From an uncultured virus (IMG/VR IMGVR_UViG_3300027747_004323) (taxonomy: Duplodnaviria; Heunggongvirae; Uroviricota; Caudoviricetes): 64,000 nucleotides of DNA. Location: the IMG/VR virus record IMGVR_UViG_3300027747_004323. The stretch is one strand, 5' to 3'. The position numbers and the translations under genes were made by a program. Shown piece after piece: positions 47,427-57,163 of the stretch. The notes below the pieces were generated by a model. The model did no database searches, was not told where the DNA came from, and worked only from the letters and a program-made list of their open reading frames with translations. Within the stretch, counting starts at the first letter, position 1, and every line of letters begins with the position of its first letter.

Positions 47427-48089
47427 TCAGAGCATCGCGAGAGCAGACTGTAGAGTGGTTCTGTCCACCTTTCCAGCAAGCTGGTCGCCGACGTACTCCT
47501 TGAACACCGGATCGCTCACGTCATCGCATCCCAAATCGGGGCAATGTCCTTCGTAGTTGCGAATGATGTAGTCAACAAGCTTGACTGGGTCGGCAGGTAT
47601 AACGTCCATCGACCGTCTACGAGGACCGCCGCCGTCGTGTTCGGCAACGAAGCCCCAATCGCCGCTCTTCCATGCCGCGAACTCCTCTTGGGTGATGCGA
47701 GCGTGGCCCTCTTTCAACGACTTCGCCTTGCGCTTGCGAGACTCGCCCATTGGTGCAGCGGGCATCGAAACCGACGGCTTGTCGTAAGCACGAAGCTTCT
47801 CGTCACCCTCAAGGTAATCCTTGACGTGCTCCAGGTCGGTGTGAGCAGAGGCCACGAGGTCCTGCACCCAAGCAGGAAGCTGGTCTCCCATCTCGATGAG
47901 ACCGCAGATGGTCTCGGCCATGTCCTTGACGTCTGACATGCGAGACTTCACCATGTAACCCTCGTCGTCCATCGGGTGACCGGACTCAAAACCGTGGAGG
48001 AAGCGCTGGGGATCCTTGCCTCCGGCAGGCATCATGGACTCGACTTCTTCCTTGATGATCTTGCGTAGTTGTGTTGCTGTGAGCTTCAT
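47427..48089 (-). CDS. leader-motif hypothetical protein
   Basis: MKLTATQLRKIIKEEV; contains DDEGYM...LPAWVQ...DYL domain. Confidence 0.75.
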   Translation of the reverse strand: MKLTATQLRKIIKEEVESMMPAGGKDPQRFLHGFESGHPMDDEGYMVKSRMSDVKDMAETICGLIEMGDQLPAWVQDLVASAHTDLEHVKDYLEGDEKLRAYDKPSVSMPAAPMGESRKRKAKSLKEGHARITQEEFAAWKSGDWGFVAEHDGGGPRRRSMDVIPADPVKLVDYIIRNYEGHCPDLGCDDVSDPVFKEYVGDQLAGKVDRTTLQSALAML

Positions 48090-48101
48090 TGTAGTCGTCC
48101 T

Positions 48102-48560
48102 TTACTTCTTCCTTGTTGCCTTGAAATCCGCAGTCGCCTTGCCTGTGGGTTGGAATTTCTGACCGAAGCCGGCCTTCCACAGCATGCCTGTGGCCGTCTC
48201 GGCGTAGTAGAAGTCGCCGTCCCTGAAGAACTTCACGAGCTTGTTCTTCTTTGCCTCTGCAGGAGTCGTCCTCGTCGCACCGAATGCCTGCTCCGCGGGC
48301 ACCGGTTGGAGCCTCTGACCCAGAGGAGTCGTCGCGACGTACTCATCGCGACGATTCTTGCGTAGCGTCTCGGCAGCTCGGGCTGCGGCCACGACGAGGT
48401 CAAGTTGCTCGTCGTCGATATCATCGAGAGAAGATACACCAAAGAGGCTGAGAAGCGGCGTCTCGTCGACTCTCGCGCCGTATTTGTCCTTGATGACCTC
48501 AGTGATAGAAGTCATTTCTTCTTTGATGATCCTGCGAAGTTGTGTTGCTGTGAGTTTCAT
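48102..48560 (-). CDS. leader-motif hypothetical protein
   Basis: MKLTATQLRRIIKEEMTSITE. Confidence 0.75.
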   Translation of the reverse strand: MKLTATQLRRIIKEEMTSITEVIKDKYGARVDETPLLSLFGVSSLDDIDDEQLDLVVAAARAAETLRKNRRDEYVATTPLGQRLQPVPAEQAFGATRTTPAEAKKNKLVKFFRDGDFYYAETATGMLWKAGFGQKFQPTGKATADFKATRKK

Positions 48561-48562
48561 CG

Positions 48563-48808
48563 TCACCACCGGCTCCCTCTACGGCCGTAACTTCCGCCTG
48601 AGCTTCCGCCCTCAAAGGGAGTCGCCTCCCCGTCCTCGAGCCACGAGTATTCGGGGCTCTCAGCAGAGTCGAAGTACTCCTCATTGCCCTCGTCGTCCAC
48701 GAGGTATAGCTCAGTGCCGCGCCGCACGATCGACTGTTCGTGCTCGAGCAGCACCTTCTGCAGTTCTTCTTTGATGATACGGCGGAGTTGTGTCGTTGTG
48801 ATCTTCAT
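48563..48808 (-). CDS. leader-motif hypothetical protein
   Basis: MKITTTQLRRIIKEELQKVLLE. Confidence 0.75.
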   Translation of the reverse strand: MKITTTQLRRIIKEELQKVLLEHEQSIVRRGTELYLVDDEGNEEYFDSAESPEYSWLEDGEATPFEGGSSGGSYGRRGSRW

Positions 48809-49359
48809 TGCGGTAGCACCCTTTGCTTCAGTAGATATACGTGTCCTTCGTGCTTGTCCTCGATGCCCTGTAGCATGTTGTCGAGGCCACGCGTCATCGT
48901 GCCGCACTCCTTAAGGAGCTCGGCGAGGTGGGACATCACCTTCAAGAAGTTCATCTCGGCGAGATACGACCGCTTCGCGAGCTCGGTGGGCTGCGGGATG
49001 GTCGACGTCATGCCGTATCCCTGGACGAGTTTCATGAGCTGTGAAGTGACGAGGACGAGGTCCACACACGCGGTGGAGCCGAGACCGATCGACTTCTCGG
49101 CGACTGTGTCGACGTCCTCGACTGTCGCCTCGTGGATGCGCTGAAAGAGGAGGTGATCACCGTAGAAAGGATCACCCTTCGTGATCCAGTGGTGGTTCTG
49201 GTGCACCGCCGCGAGGAACTTGAGGTGGACGAGAGCCACCGAGAGCTGTGCATAGGGCGTGGATCCCCACTGTGCGACCATGTTGTCGGTCATGATGTCG
49301 AGGTTCGGCTCGACGACGATCGCCATCTCGAGAGTCTCTGAAAGCCTTCTCTTTGTCAT
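48805..49359 (-). CDS. Dps/ferritin-like protein
   Basis: HQNHHWITKGDPFYGDHLLF...DTVAEK...HEGHVY. Confidence 0.8.
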   Translation of the reverse strand: MTKRRLSETLEMAIVVEPNLDIMTDNMVAQWGSTPYAQLSVALVHLKFLAAVHQNHHWITKGDPFYGDHLLFQRIHEATVEDVDTVAEKSIGLGSTACVDLVLVTSQLMKLVQGYGMTSTIPQPTELAKRSYLAEMNFLKVMSHLAELLKECGTMTRGLDNMLQGIEDKHEGHVYLLKQRVLPQ

Positions 49360-50507
49360 CACTTCAGCTCCAAGTTAAAGCCAACGAGGTCCACGCCAAG
49401 GGGATGAGGTCCCCACGTGATCCTGTACGGTTCGCCACGCAGCGACTGCTGGTTGTTCCAATGCGACACATAAGCGTCGAGAGCCTTCTCGGCTTTCGCA
49501 TCGAAGCCACCCGGAACGGATGCCTTGACGGGCACGAGAGTCTCGGAGTTTCGGCCCTCGCCGATCCGATACTTCTTGATGCCTGCTGGAACCGTCGACT
49601 TGCGGACGGAGAATATCTTCTCCGCCTTCTCGATGTACTCTGAGGACGAGAGCGACGCCTCGAGGAGGTCTGCGACGGGATTCGCTGGTACTTCGATGAC
49701 GGGCATCACGGCCTCGTCGAGGTGTGCCTCGGACCGAAGCCGGCGGACGATCGACATCAGCGATCCTTCACCGAGGACCTCCTTGTCGCGGTCCTCGATG
49801 CACTTGTATATCGCCTTGAGAAGCTTCTCTCTGTCCACCTTCACGCCTGAAGTGGCGTAGTGCGAGGCGGAGACCCGAGTCGCGAGGATCTCTTCCCACT
49901 GTCCCTCCAGGTTGGTGCCGTATTCCTTGCACAGCTTGTGTGCGAGCCTCTCGTACCAAGTGTCGGGCAGGTCCTTCAGGGGATCGGGAGACTTGACTGC
50001 GTCGCCGAGCGGGCCGTCGCCGTACATGTCGAAGGGCTCGTCCTGGGTCTTCGGCGTCGGAAGTCCTCCTTCTGCGAGGCGCTTCTCACGGGCGATCGAA
50101 CGAAGCTGATCGTCACCGGGATTCATCTTGACGGCCTCCTTCACGAGGGAGAGGGGGAGGCGGCGTGCAGCGGCACATCTCACGGAAGACGCTGCGTCTT
50201 CGAGGAGCCTGGCTGCGTGTCTCTCTGGAAGGAGACGGGCTGCGACCTTGCGGAGGACGACGGACTTGCTCGATGCCGCCTCGATGAGGACGGTGGTCTT
50301 TATCGCGGTGCGGTTGACTCCTCGTCCCGTGGACTCGAGGAGGTCGAGTTGTTCGATGGCGGCCTCTGCGACTTTCTCGCAGTTGCTTGAGACCATCACC
50401 GGAGGCCCAAATACTCTGAAAAGCTCGTCGCGAAGTGCGGTTCTGCTCTTCTCTTCTCTAATTGTGTTCTTCGCTACTCGCTGCAGCTCTTGAAGCTTCA
50501 GATGCAT
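49359..50507 (-). CDS. hypothetical protein with leader-like N-terminus and short HEAT-like repeats
   Basis: 382 aa; MHLKLQELQRVAKNTIREE; ATACTTA and SD upstream. Confidence 0.7.
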   Translation of the reverse strand: MHLKLQELQRVAKNTIREEKSRTALRDELFRVFGPPVMVSSNCEKVAEAAIEQLDLLESTGRGVNRTAIKTTVLIEAASSKSVVLRKVAARLLPERHAARLLEDAASSVRCAAARRLPLSLVKEAVKMNPGDDQLRSIAREKRLAEGGLPTPKTQDEPFDMYGDGPLGDAVKSPDPLKDLPDTWYERLAHKLCKEYGTNLEGQWEEILATRVSASHYATSGVKVDREKLLKAIYKCIEDRDKEVLGEGSLMSIVRRLRSEAHLDEAVMPVIEVPANPVADLLEASLSSSEYIEKAEKIFSVRKSTVPAGIKKYRIGEGRNSETLVPVKASVPGGFDAKAEKALDAYVSHWNNQQSLRGEPYRITWGPHPLGVDLVGFNLELK

Positions 50508-50555
50508 GTTGAATAGACTCCTTTGCGTAAGTATCCGACAAGGAGTAAATCATAA

Positions 50556-50744
50556 TCACTTAGAGGACAATTTCATGTCCTTTGCCCATGCCCTGATCTT
50601 CTTCTTCGCCCAGTTGGGGACATAGACGCTGTCCTCTTCGAAGGCAGGATCGTCCATGAGCTCCATGGTATAGGTCTCGTCAGGCTGTGATCCTCCGAAG
50701 ACCTTCCTCACTGTCTCGCGTAGTTGTCCTATCGTCATCCTCAT
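50556..50744 (-). CDS. small leader-motif protein
   Basis: MRMTIGQLRETVRK; ATACTTA 6 nt upstream. Confidence 0.65.
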   Translation of the reverse strand: MRMTIGQLRETVRKVFGGSQPDETYTMELMDDPAFEEDSVYVPNWAKKKIRAWAKDMKLSSK

Positions 50745-51277
50745 GACTGGTAAGTATCGCTTCCGAAGAAAGCAGTCCAGTCGGGATGCCACGTGTGGTG
50801 AGGATTGTACTCCCAGAAGTGGAGTACGCTAGGATCTGTCGGGTTCTTTCGAAGCTGCATTCCGACCTCCGACAGCGTCCGAGACCCCTTCTTCCAGTTG
50901 CACCGCTTGCACGACGCGACGCAGTTCTTCCAGTTAGTCGGTCCGCCTCTGGATCGCGGCATGACGTGGTCGATCGTGATCGTCTTCTGGTCGAGCTTGA
51001 TGCCGCAGTACTGACACTGCCAGTTGTCACGATTGAACAACACCCACTTCCTGAAGCGAGGCGCGGTGTACTTCCTGTTGACTCTCTCGAGGAGTCGAAG
51101 AGTCGCAGGCATCTCGAACGACCTCGAGGGTGAGGACACCCTCTCGTTCCACAGACTTGGCCTCTCGCTCATCGAGATGACCTCGGCACGTCCCTTGAAG
51201 ATGAGGTTGAGGGCTCTGAAGCCCGACACGAAGTTGAGAGGCGACCAATCTGCGTTGAGGAGGAGTACTCTGTTCAT
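50741..51277 (-). CDS. HNH endonuclease (McrA-like)
   Basis: VLLLNAD, RDNWQCQYCG, TIDHVMPRSRGG, NCVASCKRCN. Confidence 0.88.
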   Translation of the reverse strand: MNRVLLLNADWSPLNFVSGFRALNLIFKGRAEVISMSERPSLWNERVSSPSRSFEMPATLRLLERVNRKYTAPRFRKWVLFNRDNWQCQYCGIKLDQKTITIDHVMPRSRGGPTNWKNCVASCKRCNWKKGSRTLSEVGMQLRKNPTDPSVLHFWEYNPHHTWHPDWTAFFGSDTYQS

Positions 51278-52230
51278 GACATCATCTTGAAGTCGAAGAA
51301 GACCTCGCCGGTATCCGCGTCTACGTGAGTGATGGCACCGATGGGAATCGGGCTCGTGTGAGGACCATGTGAGAAGCTGTAGCCGTACGTGCAAGGAACA
51401 CCTGCACCGAAGTATTCGAGTATGACGTCCTCCACGGAGGGCACCTTGGGATCTGTCCTGCAGTCGACGTCCTCGAACTCTCCGATCACGACGGCGGAGA
51501 GGCACGTGTAGAAGCCTGCGAGGCGAAGATGGAGAAGCTCACGTGAGATCTCTTCGCCGCCCTTGTGGACGTCCTCGATGAACAAGACCTTCCCACCGGG
51601 ATCTGGCATGTATGGGGTTCCGATGAGATGCACGAAGGTGTCCATGTTGCCTCCCACGGCGATGCCGACCGCGGAGCCCGGCGACACCACCCTGGGAAAG
51701 TGAGGATTGAAGTCGAAGGGACGAGAGCCCCACACCTGATCGGACTTCAGCAGCTCCAGCGTCAGCTTGAAGGACTCAGAGTCTGCCTCGCGGATCTTCC
51801 GCCCCTTGTCGAGCCTTATCGACGGTGTCTGGGCATTGAAGCTGATGAGACCCGATTTCGAGAGGATGCCCGTGTTGATGGCGGTGAGGTCGGACATCCC
51901 GACGAAGGCCTTGCGAGATGCACGAATCGTGTCGTAGTCGAGGTAGGGAAGGAGCGCCGCACTTCCCTCGCCGCCCACCGCGCCGATCACACCTGCGACG
52001 CTGGGATTCGAGAAGGCCCAGTTGAGCTCGTCGACCCTGTCCTTGACGGAGGCAGCATGGGCTGCCGTGGTCTTCAACGACTTGACGCAAGGACCGAGAA
52101 CGGGTTCGAGTCCGCACTCTCTGATGATGTCTATGCCTGCCTGAACCTCATCTGTGATGATAGGACCGGAAGGTGCCACGATCGCGACTCTTGAACCCGA
52201 ACGCAATCGCTTAGGTGAGATGATGTTCAT
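51274..52230 (-). CDS. S66 family peptidase (LD-carboxypeptidase/MccF-like)
   Basis: VAPSG, GMSD (Ser), GGN, FIED (Glu), FSH (His), IPIG. Confidence 0.88.
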   Translation of the reverse strand: MNIISPKRLRSGSRVAIVAPSGPIITDEVQAGIDIIRECGLEPVLGPCVKSLKTTAAHAASVKDRVDELNWAFSNPSVAGVIGAVGGEGSAALLPYLDYDTIRASRKAFVGMSDLTAINTGILSKSGLISFNAQTPSIRLDKGRKIREADSESFKLTLELLKSDQVWGSRPFDFNPHFPRVVSPGSAVGIAVGGNMDTFVHLIGTPYMPDPGGKVLFIEDVHKGGEEISRELLHLRLAGFYTCLSAVVIGEFEDVDCRTDPKVPSVEDVILEYFGAGVPCTYGYSFSHGPHTSPIPIGAITHVDADTGEVFFDFKMMS

Positions 52231-52238
52231 GTCGTTAA

Positions 52239-53045
52239 CTATCCTTGGATCTCGACCTTTTCGTTCGAGCCGAAGCGGGTCCTCATCACGTCGATTGCAT
52301 GCTGACTTTCGTCGCACACGATGAAATTTCGACCTGTCTGTAGGGCGGCGTCGGCCGTCGTGCCGCTGCCTGCGAAAGGATCCACGACGAGCTCGCCGGC
52401 GTTCGAGGATGCGAGCACTGCCCTCTTCACGAGTTTCACGGGTTTCTGATTGGGATATCCCAAGCGTTCCTTCGAGGCGGTACCGACGATAGACATCGAC
52501 CAGACATCGGTAGGTACCTGACCCTCCATTATCCTCTTCTCGGCTTCCTCACGAGTCCGGCCGACGTACTGTAGTTCCGGGGCTGCATAGGGCACCCTAT
52601 CGATGTCGCCCCAGTTGAAGGTGTGTCGACCCTTCTTCTTGACGTAGACGAGGATGTTGTCATGCTTCGTGGGCCACTTGTCCTTTCCGCGACCGCCGAA
52701 GTTATACGACCACACGACGTCGTTGAGGAAGTTCTCCATTCCGAAGATCTCGTCGCACATCACCTTCGCATAGTGGACCCAGCGCCAGTCCAGGTGAAGG
52801 TAGAGAGTTCCTGTCTCCTTGAGGACCCTGTGCATGTCTCTCAGGTGAGGCTCCAAGAAATCGAGATAATCTTCGTACTTATCACAGTATTGTATTTTGG
52901 AGACTATGTTGCCGAGTTTGCGGCGAGCCATTGTCTGCATGTCACCCGTCCCAAACGGTGGGTCGGTATAGATCATGTCGACAGAGTCGGTCTGGAGCGA
53001 CTCGAGAAGCTCCGACGCCCTGCACCGACGTATCGTGCCGCTCAT
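52239..53045 (-). CDS. beta-class N4-C/N6-A DNA methyltransferase
   Basis: DPPF, YPNQKP, DPFAGSGTT. Confidence 0.9.
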   Translation of the reverse strand: MSGTIRRCRASELLESLQTDSVDMIYTDPPFGTGDMQTMARRKLGNIVSKIQYCDKYEDYLDFLEPHLRDMHRVLKETGTLYLHLDWRWVHYAKVMCDEIFGMENFLNDVVWSYNFGGRGKDKWPTKHDNILVYVKKKGRHTFNWGDIDRVPYAAPELQYVGRTREEAEKRIMEGQVPTDVWSMSIVGTASKERLGYPNQKPVKLVKRAVLASSNAGELVVDPFAGSGTTADAALQTGRNFIVCDESQHAIDVMRTRFGSNEKVEIQG

Positions 53046-53827
53046 CGCTTCCTCTTGCCGTTTCTCAGTGCCTCGACGGCCTCGTCGAACATCTTCGTGT
53101 CTCGCTCGACGCAGATCCAGCGCCTGTCCAGCTTCCTCGCGGCGAAGGCAGCAGTCATGGATCCTGCGAAGGGATCGAGGACCCAGTCGCCCGGGTTCGT
53201 GTTCGCCTCGATGGGAATCTCGTACACCTTCAGCGGCTTCTGTGTCGGATGGACCTTGCCGCTGAAGATCTCCGTGGTGTCCATCCACACGTTGGTTCGA
53301 CGGTAGAACTCGCTCTTCGCCGGGTATTTGGCGTTGTAGCCGGCGTAGCCTCTCTTCGTCTCGAGGTACGGCACGTTAAAGACTGCAGGCTTCTTGACGT
53401 TTCCCTTCACGAGGTAGAGTACGTCCTCCCGCGTTGCGAGGTAGTTGTGTTGAACTCCGTACGCCCTCTTCTTCGACCACGTGATGATGTTCGCCATGCG
53501 GAGAGGTGTCTCACCCTCGAGACGTGCAGCATATTCGAAAAACGGCCTGAATCCCGGCACGCCGTAGCCACCCCAGACATAGAACGCCCCTCCGTCCACG
53601 AGAAGGTCCGTGTAGGAATTGGTCCAGCCCATCATCCAGTCGACGAAGGCCTTCTGACCCTTGTTCCACTTGTCCCATTCTTCATCGATGATGTTTCCGT
53701 AGGGAGGGTCGGTGACGACGAGGTGGGAAAGCTTGTCGCCCATTCTGGACTTCACCTCATCGAGGACGTCCTGTTGTGTACAGTCACCGTTGATGGCGAC
53801 GCCATCGTTGAAAACTTCGACTCTCAT
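53042..53827 (-). CDS. beta-class N4-C/N6-A DNA methyltransferase
   Basis: DPPY, HPTQKP, DPFAGS. Confidence 0.9.
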   Translation of the reverse strand: MRVEVFNDGVAINGDCTQQDVLDEVKSRMGDKLSHLVVTDPPYGNIIDEEWDKWNKGQKAFVDWMMGWTNSYTDLLVDGGAFYVWGGYGVPGFRPFFEYAARLEGETPLRMANIITWSKKRAYGVQHNYLATREDVLYLVKGNVKKPAVFNVPYLETKRGYAGYNAKYPAKSEFYRRTNVWMDTTEIFSGKVHPTQKPLKVYEIPIEANTNPGDWVLDPFAGSMTAAFAARKLDRRWICVERDTKMFDEAVEALRNGKRKR

Positions 53828-53877
53828 GTGCCTCTCATCGTCATTATAGTCAACGCGGCTTCGATGTTCAGATCCTG

Positions 53878-54741
53878 TCAAGGCAGCTGGATCGTGCCAA
53901 TCATGCGAGGATTTCCGTACTCCGCCCCGCCGACGTGACAGAACAAGTTCTCCTCGATCTGATCGTCGAACTGTCCGTGGGTGTGGCCACAGAACACCTC
54001 GAACCTCGTCTGAGGGTTTGCTGCAGCGACATCAGTCAATGCGTCGCCCATCAGCTTCGAAGTGTACCACGGCATCGCCGCGGCGGAACCCGATTTCCCG
54101 TTGTGACGATGCACTTGTGGAAAAGGCGGGACATGCGTGAGGACGATCACTATCCGATGATCGCGAGCAGCAGCAGATGCGACTTCTCTCACGTGCTCTG
54201 CGGCCTCGAACGAGGCCTTCCTGGAGATCGAGACGATGTTTCCAATGGAGAAGTTCGCTAGCGGTAGAAGACGGGCCCAGGGAAGTCCCGTGGAACCCGC
54301 ATTGACGTAGTCCTCGATCTTGTGCCAGTCCGTCATGACGATGTTGGAACGGGCGACATCTCCCCAGTAAGCATCGTACCAACCGTCGTGGCCCACCACG
54401 GCAGTGTTCTCCGTGAGCGAAACGTGTCTTTCGTTGGTGAGATACCGAAGGTTCTTGGAGTCCTTGCAAAGGGAAACGACTTCACCCCTCACTCTCTCGA
54501 AAGATCCACCGTAGAAATCGTGGTTGCCGAGGACGAAATAGATGGGTTTGTCCACGACCGAATCGAGTATCCTGAGATGGCGAACGATGTCGTTTGCCAA
54601 GGAGATGTCACCTGTCAAGAAGACGCCGTCCACGCCAGAATTCGACAGAGGACGTGCGAATTCCTCGTGGACCCGCCCGGTTTCGTTGGGACCGTCGATG
54701 AAATCGAGATGGATGTCGGTGCACCATGCGAATTTCTTCAC
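53878..54741 (-). CDS. calcineurin-like metallophosphoesterase
   Basis: TDIH, TGD, GNHD, THVPP, GHTH. Confidence 0.88.
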   Translation of the reverse strand: MKKFAWCTDIHLDFIDGPNETGRVHEEFARPLSNSGVDGVFLTGDISLANDIVRHLRILDSVVDKPIYFVLGNHDFYGGSFERVRGEVVSLCKDSKNLRYLTNERHVSLTENTAVVGHDGWYDAYWGDVARSNIVMTDWHKIEDYVNAGSTGLPWARLLPLANFSIGNIVSISRKASFEAAEHVREVASAAARDHRIVIVLTHVPPFPQVHRHNGKSGSAAAMPWYTSKLMGDALTDVAAANPQTRFEVFCGHTHGQFDDQIEENLFCHVGGAEYGNPRMIGTIQLP

Positions 54742-55223
54742 TTCGTGGTTCCTGTAGTCCAGCGTTGAGCCCGCTTCTTTTCATACTCCTCACGGCAAGG
54801 AGCACAGAGGGTTCTGATCCAGCCGTCGTTGGACGACTTTCCTGGGTTGCCGCATTCCTCACAGAGCTTGTATGACATCGCCTCAGTCATTCGAATCATG
54901 CCGTGCACCTCTTCGTCAGCATATCCGACGTAGAAGCGAAGGCCTCCGAACTTCTCCTTCACCTGTGCGGCGACGACCTGAAGGTCTTCCTCGGGCACGA
55001 GGTCTTCTTCTTTGACCTCGCCCCGGGCGTGAGCATACTTTTGTCTGCTGATCTTTTGATCGACGTGTTGCTGGATCTGGTAACAAAGGGTGTCGATCAG
55101 GTCGTACCAGCCGTCGGCGCATGAAAATCCCCAGCACATGCAGGTCGCTTGTGGAGAACCGTTTCGGTCACGAAAGATCTTGGGATACTTCTCGCAGAGC
55201 TGTGCGTCTTTCTCGGGAGTCAT
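54738..55223 (-). CDS. conserved phage hypothetical protein (QVKEKFGGLRFY, CxxC)
   Basis: GW...QVKEKFGGLRFY...CEECG...WIRTLC. Confidence 0.75.
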   Translation of the reverse strand: MTPEKDAQLCEKYPKIFRDRNGSPQATCMCWGFSCADGWYDLIDTLCYQIQQHVDQKISRQKYAHARGEVKEEDLVPEEDLQVVAAQVKEKFGGLRFYVGYADEEVHGMIRMTEAMSYKLCEECGNPGKSSNDGWIRTLCAPCREEYEKKRAQRWTTGTTK

Positions 55224-55287
55224 AGAATCATGATATACCAAACAGTGTCAGTTATACACTGAGTGAAGAAATATCGAGATCGTTGCG

Positions 55288-55327
55288 GCAAAACAAGAGT
55301 GCCTCTGAGCGGGGTACTCAGAGGCAC
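55288..55327 (-). terminator. intrinsic terminator
   Basis: GTGCCTCTGAG/CTCAGAGGCAC stem followed by TCTTGTTTT on the minus strand. Confidence 0.8.
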
Positions 55328-55332
55328 ATCTG

Positions 55333-56520
55333 TCAGGCAGCGATCTTAATCGCGTCCAGATCGTCAAGTGCTGCAAGAATCTTGGCGATGGATCCCTCGT
55401 CTGCCTCGGGTCCAACTGCCTTCTTGACGTCTTCTAGCGCTGCGCCGTATTTTTTCTTGGCTTCTTCGGCAGCTTCTTTGGCCTTTTCGTCGCTCTTGCC
55501 TATGTTCTTGAGGTCTACGCCTGCATCTTTAGCTGCCTTCTCGATAGCCTCGGGCTTCTTCTCGCCGATCTTCGCAATGACTCCTTCGAGTCCTATGTCG
55601 CCGATCTGCTTCTCGAGCTCATCCACATTTATCTTCAAGGCTTTGGCAAGGTTTTCTCTGAAGCCGTCGTACATCGCTGTCTTCTGCTGAAGACCCTTGG
55701 CAAGGTCTTCTGCCTCTTCTTTCCAATTGTGATCGTCTTCTGTCAACAAGCCTCTTCTGCCGCCGAAGCCTGCAAGCTGCTGCCACCTCTCAATGATTCT
55801 TTTCCCTCTTTCTTGAGAGGCACCGACTTCTTTCGCCGCCTTGAGCAAGTCTTTGGCGTTAGGTCTGAAGATGCCTTCCGCCACAAGATGTCCAGACTTC
55901 ATCAGCGCTTGGATGACTTGCGAAGTCAACTTGACATCCGTCCCTGTTTGCTTTGAGATGGATTTAGCAAGAACTTCTGTGGCTTTTTCGGGAGTGACCT
56001 TCTTTTCTTCAGCATCAGCAAGTGCTTTGTCGGGATCTATGTTCGCTGCCTGCGCAGCGCTTCTGACAAGAGCAGGAGTCGCCTGTTCTGGCTTGCCAGG
56101 ATCGATTGCTGTGCCTGGCTTTGGCCCGCCAGATTCACCCTTGTCTCCGCCCTCGCCGCCTGTGGGCTTCGCAGAAGCGACTGCGGCGGGATCCACGCCG
56201 GCACCATCCAGGACTCCTTTGAGGAATTCATTCACGACTCCTTCGTCAACGCCTGCTTTTGACGCAACGTCCTTGAGATCCTTCACCGCCTTGGTGATGT
56301 TGTCCTTGGCAGTGGCGAAGAGCTTCTGGTTCGCTTTGTCCTTGAAGAGCTTACCAAGATCAGCACCTACTTCCATGCCGCCTCCGAGAAATGCCTTGAC
56401 CTTGTCAAGGAATCCCAGCTCGAGGAGCATGTCGTACTGCCTGTTGCTGATATTGCCTTCAAGAAGTTGCGTGTAAAGCTTGTACTTCAGTGCAGCGTTA
56501 TTCATTGCGTGTTTCCTCAT
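55333..56520 (-). CDS. hypothetical Ala/Lys-rich protein, probable virion component
   Basis: LLEG, ERWQQLAG and LLTE motifs; ATACTTA 6 nt upstream. Confidence 0.7.
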   Translation of the reverse strand: MRKHAMNNAALKYKLYTQLLEGNISNRQYDMLLELGFLDKVKAFLGGGMEVGADLGKLFKDKANQKLFATAKDNITKAVKDLKDVASKAGVDEGVVNEFLKGVLDGAGVDPAAVASAKPTGGEGGDKGESGGPKPGTAIDPGKPEQATPALVRSAAQAANIDPDKALADAEEKKVTPEKATEVLAKSISKQTGTDVKLTSQVIQALMKSGHLVAEGIFRPNAKDLLKAAKEVGASQERGKRIIERWQQLAGFGGRRGLLTEDDHNWKEEAEDLAKGLQQKTAMYDGFRENLAKALKINVDELEKQIGDIGLEGVIAKIGEKKPEAIEKAAKDAGVDLKNIGKSDEKAKEAAEEAKKKYGAALEDVKKAVGPEADEGSIAKILAALDDLDAIKIAA

Positions 56521-56542
56521 CAGAACTAAGTATCTTGCAATC

Positions 56543-56585
56543 AAAAAAAGAAAGCGACAGGAGTACAGAAGAGCCCCTGTCGCTT
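56543..56585 (-). terminator. intrinsic terminator of hsp20
   Basis: AAGCGACAGG/CCTGTCGCTT stem with long minus-strand T-run. Confidence 0.8.
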
Positions 56586-56605
56586 CGGTATCGTATCTGT
56601 GATTT

Positions 56606-56989
56606 CTACTTCAGTTTGATCTCAATGTTCTTGACTGACGCAGCTGCCGTCTTCTTGAACGATAGGGTCAGGACTCCGTCCTCAAGCGAGGCATCAGCAG
56701 TGTCAGCGTCGTATTCTCTAGAGAGTCGATAGGTGTGCTTGAAGTCTTCTCCTCGAAGCTTGCCGGTCACCTTCACGTCCCTCCCCGTGACCTGCACGGA
56801 AAGGTCAGTCGATTTGACGCCGGGAAGATCGATCGACAGTCTGAGTCCTGAGTCAGTGGCTTCTGTGCGATATGCCGACGACGTCCATTTCTTCGATCTC
56901 GACGCTGTCCCATAGTAGTCGTCGAAGAGGCGAAAAGTGTCGAAGAGGTCGGGTGTCTTCAGCATCGAATCGTAGTAATTGACAAGCAT
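56606..56989 (-). CDS. Hsp20/alpha-crystallin small heat-shock protein
   Basis: DLPGV, ASLEDGVLTL. Confidence 0.88.
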   Translation of the reverse strand: MLVNYYDSMLKTPDLFDTFRLFDDYYGTASRSKKWTSSAYRTEATDSGLRLSIDLPGVKSTDLSVQVTGRDVKVTGKLRGEDFKHTYRLSREYDADTADASLEDGVLTLSFKKTAAASVKNIEIKLK

Positions 56990-57163
56990 GACGTTTCTTT
57001 CTCCTTTGTTCTGACGAGGTTGTCTCCTCGTTGGAATGCAAGATAATCACCTCGCGGAAGGAGGTAACCCCTCGAGAGAAAACTTTTTACTCGTCGTCGT
57101 CCATTACGAAGAATCTTACGTAGAACAACACGGAAAACATGCACACGAGAACGATGAAGGAGA

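Noticed and set aside
50741..53827. HNH plus two MTases as a restriction-modification system
   Set aside because: The HNH is a common stand-alone family, separated from the MTases by a peptidase gene with its own promoter motif
56990..57163. Heat-shock operator (CIRCE) or RNA thermometer upstream of hsp20
   Set aside because: No TTAGCACTC-N9-GAGTGCTAA match; only a weak hairpin
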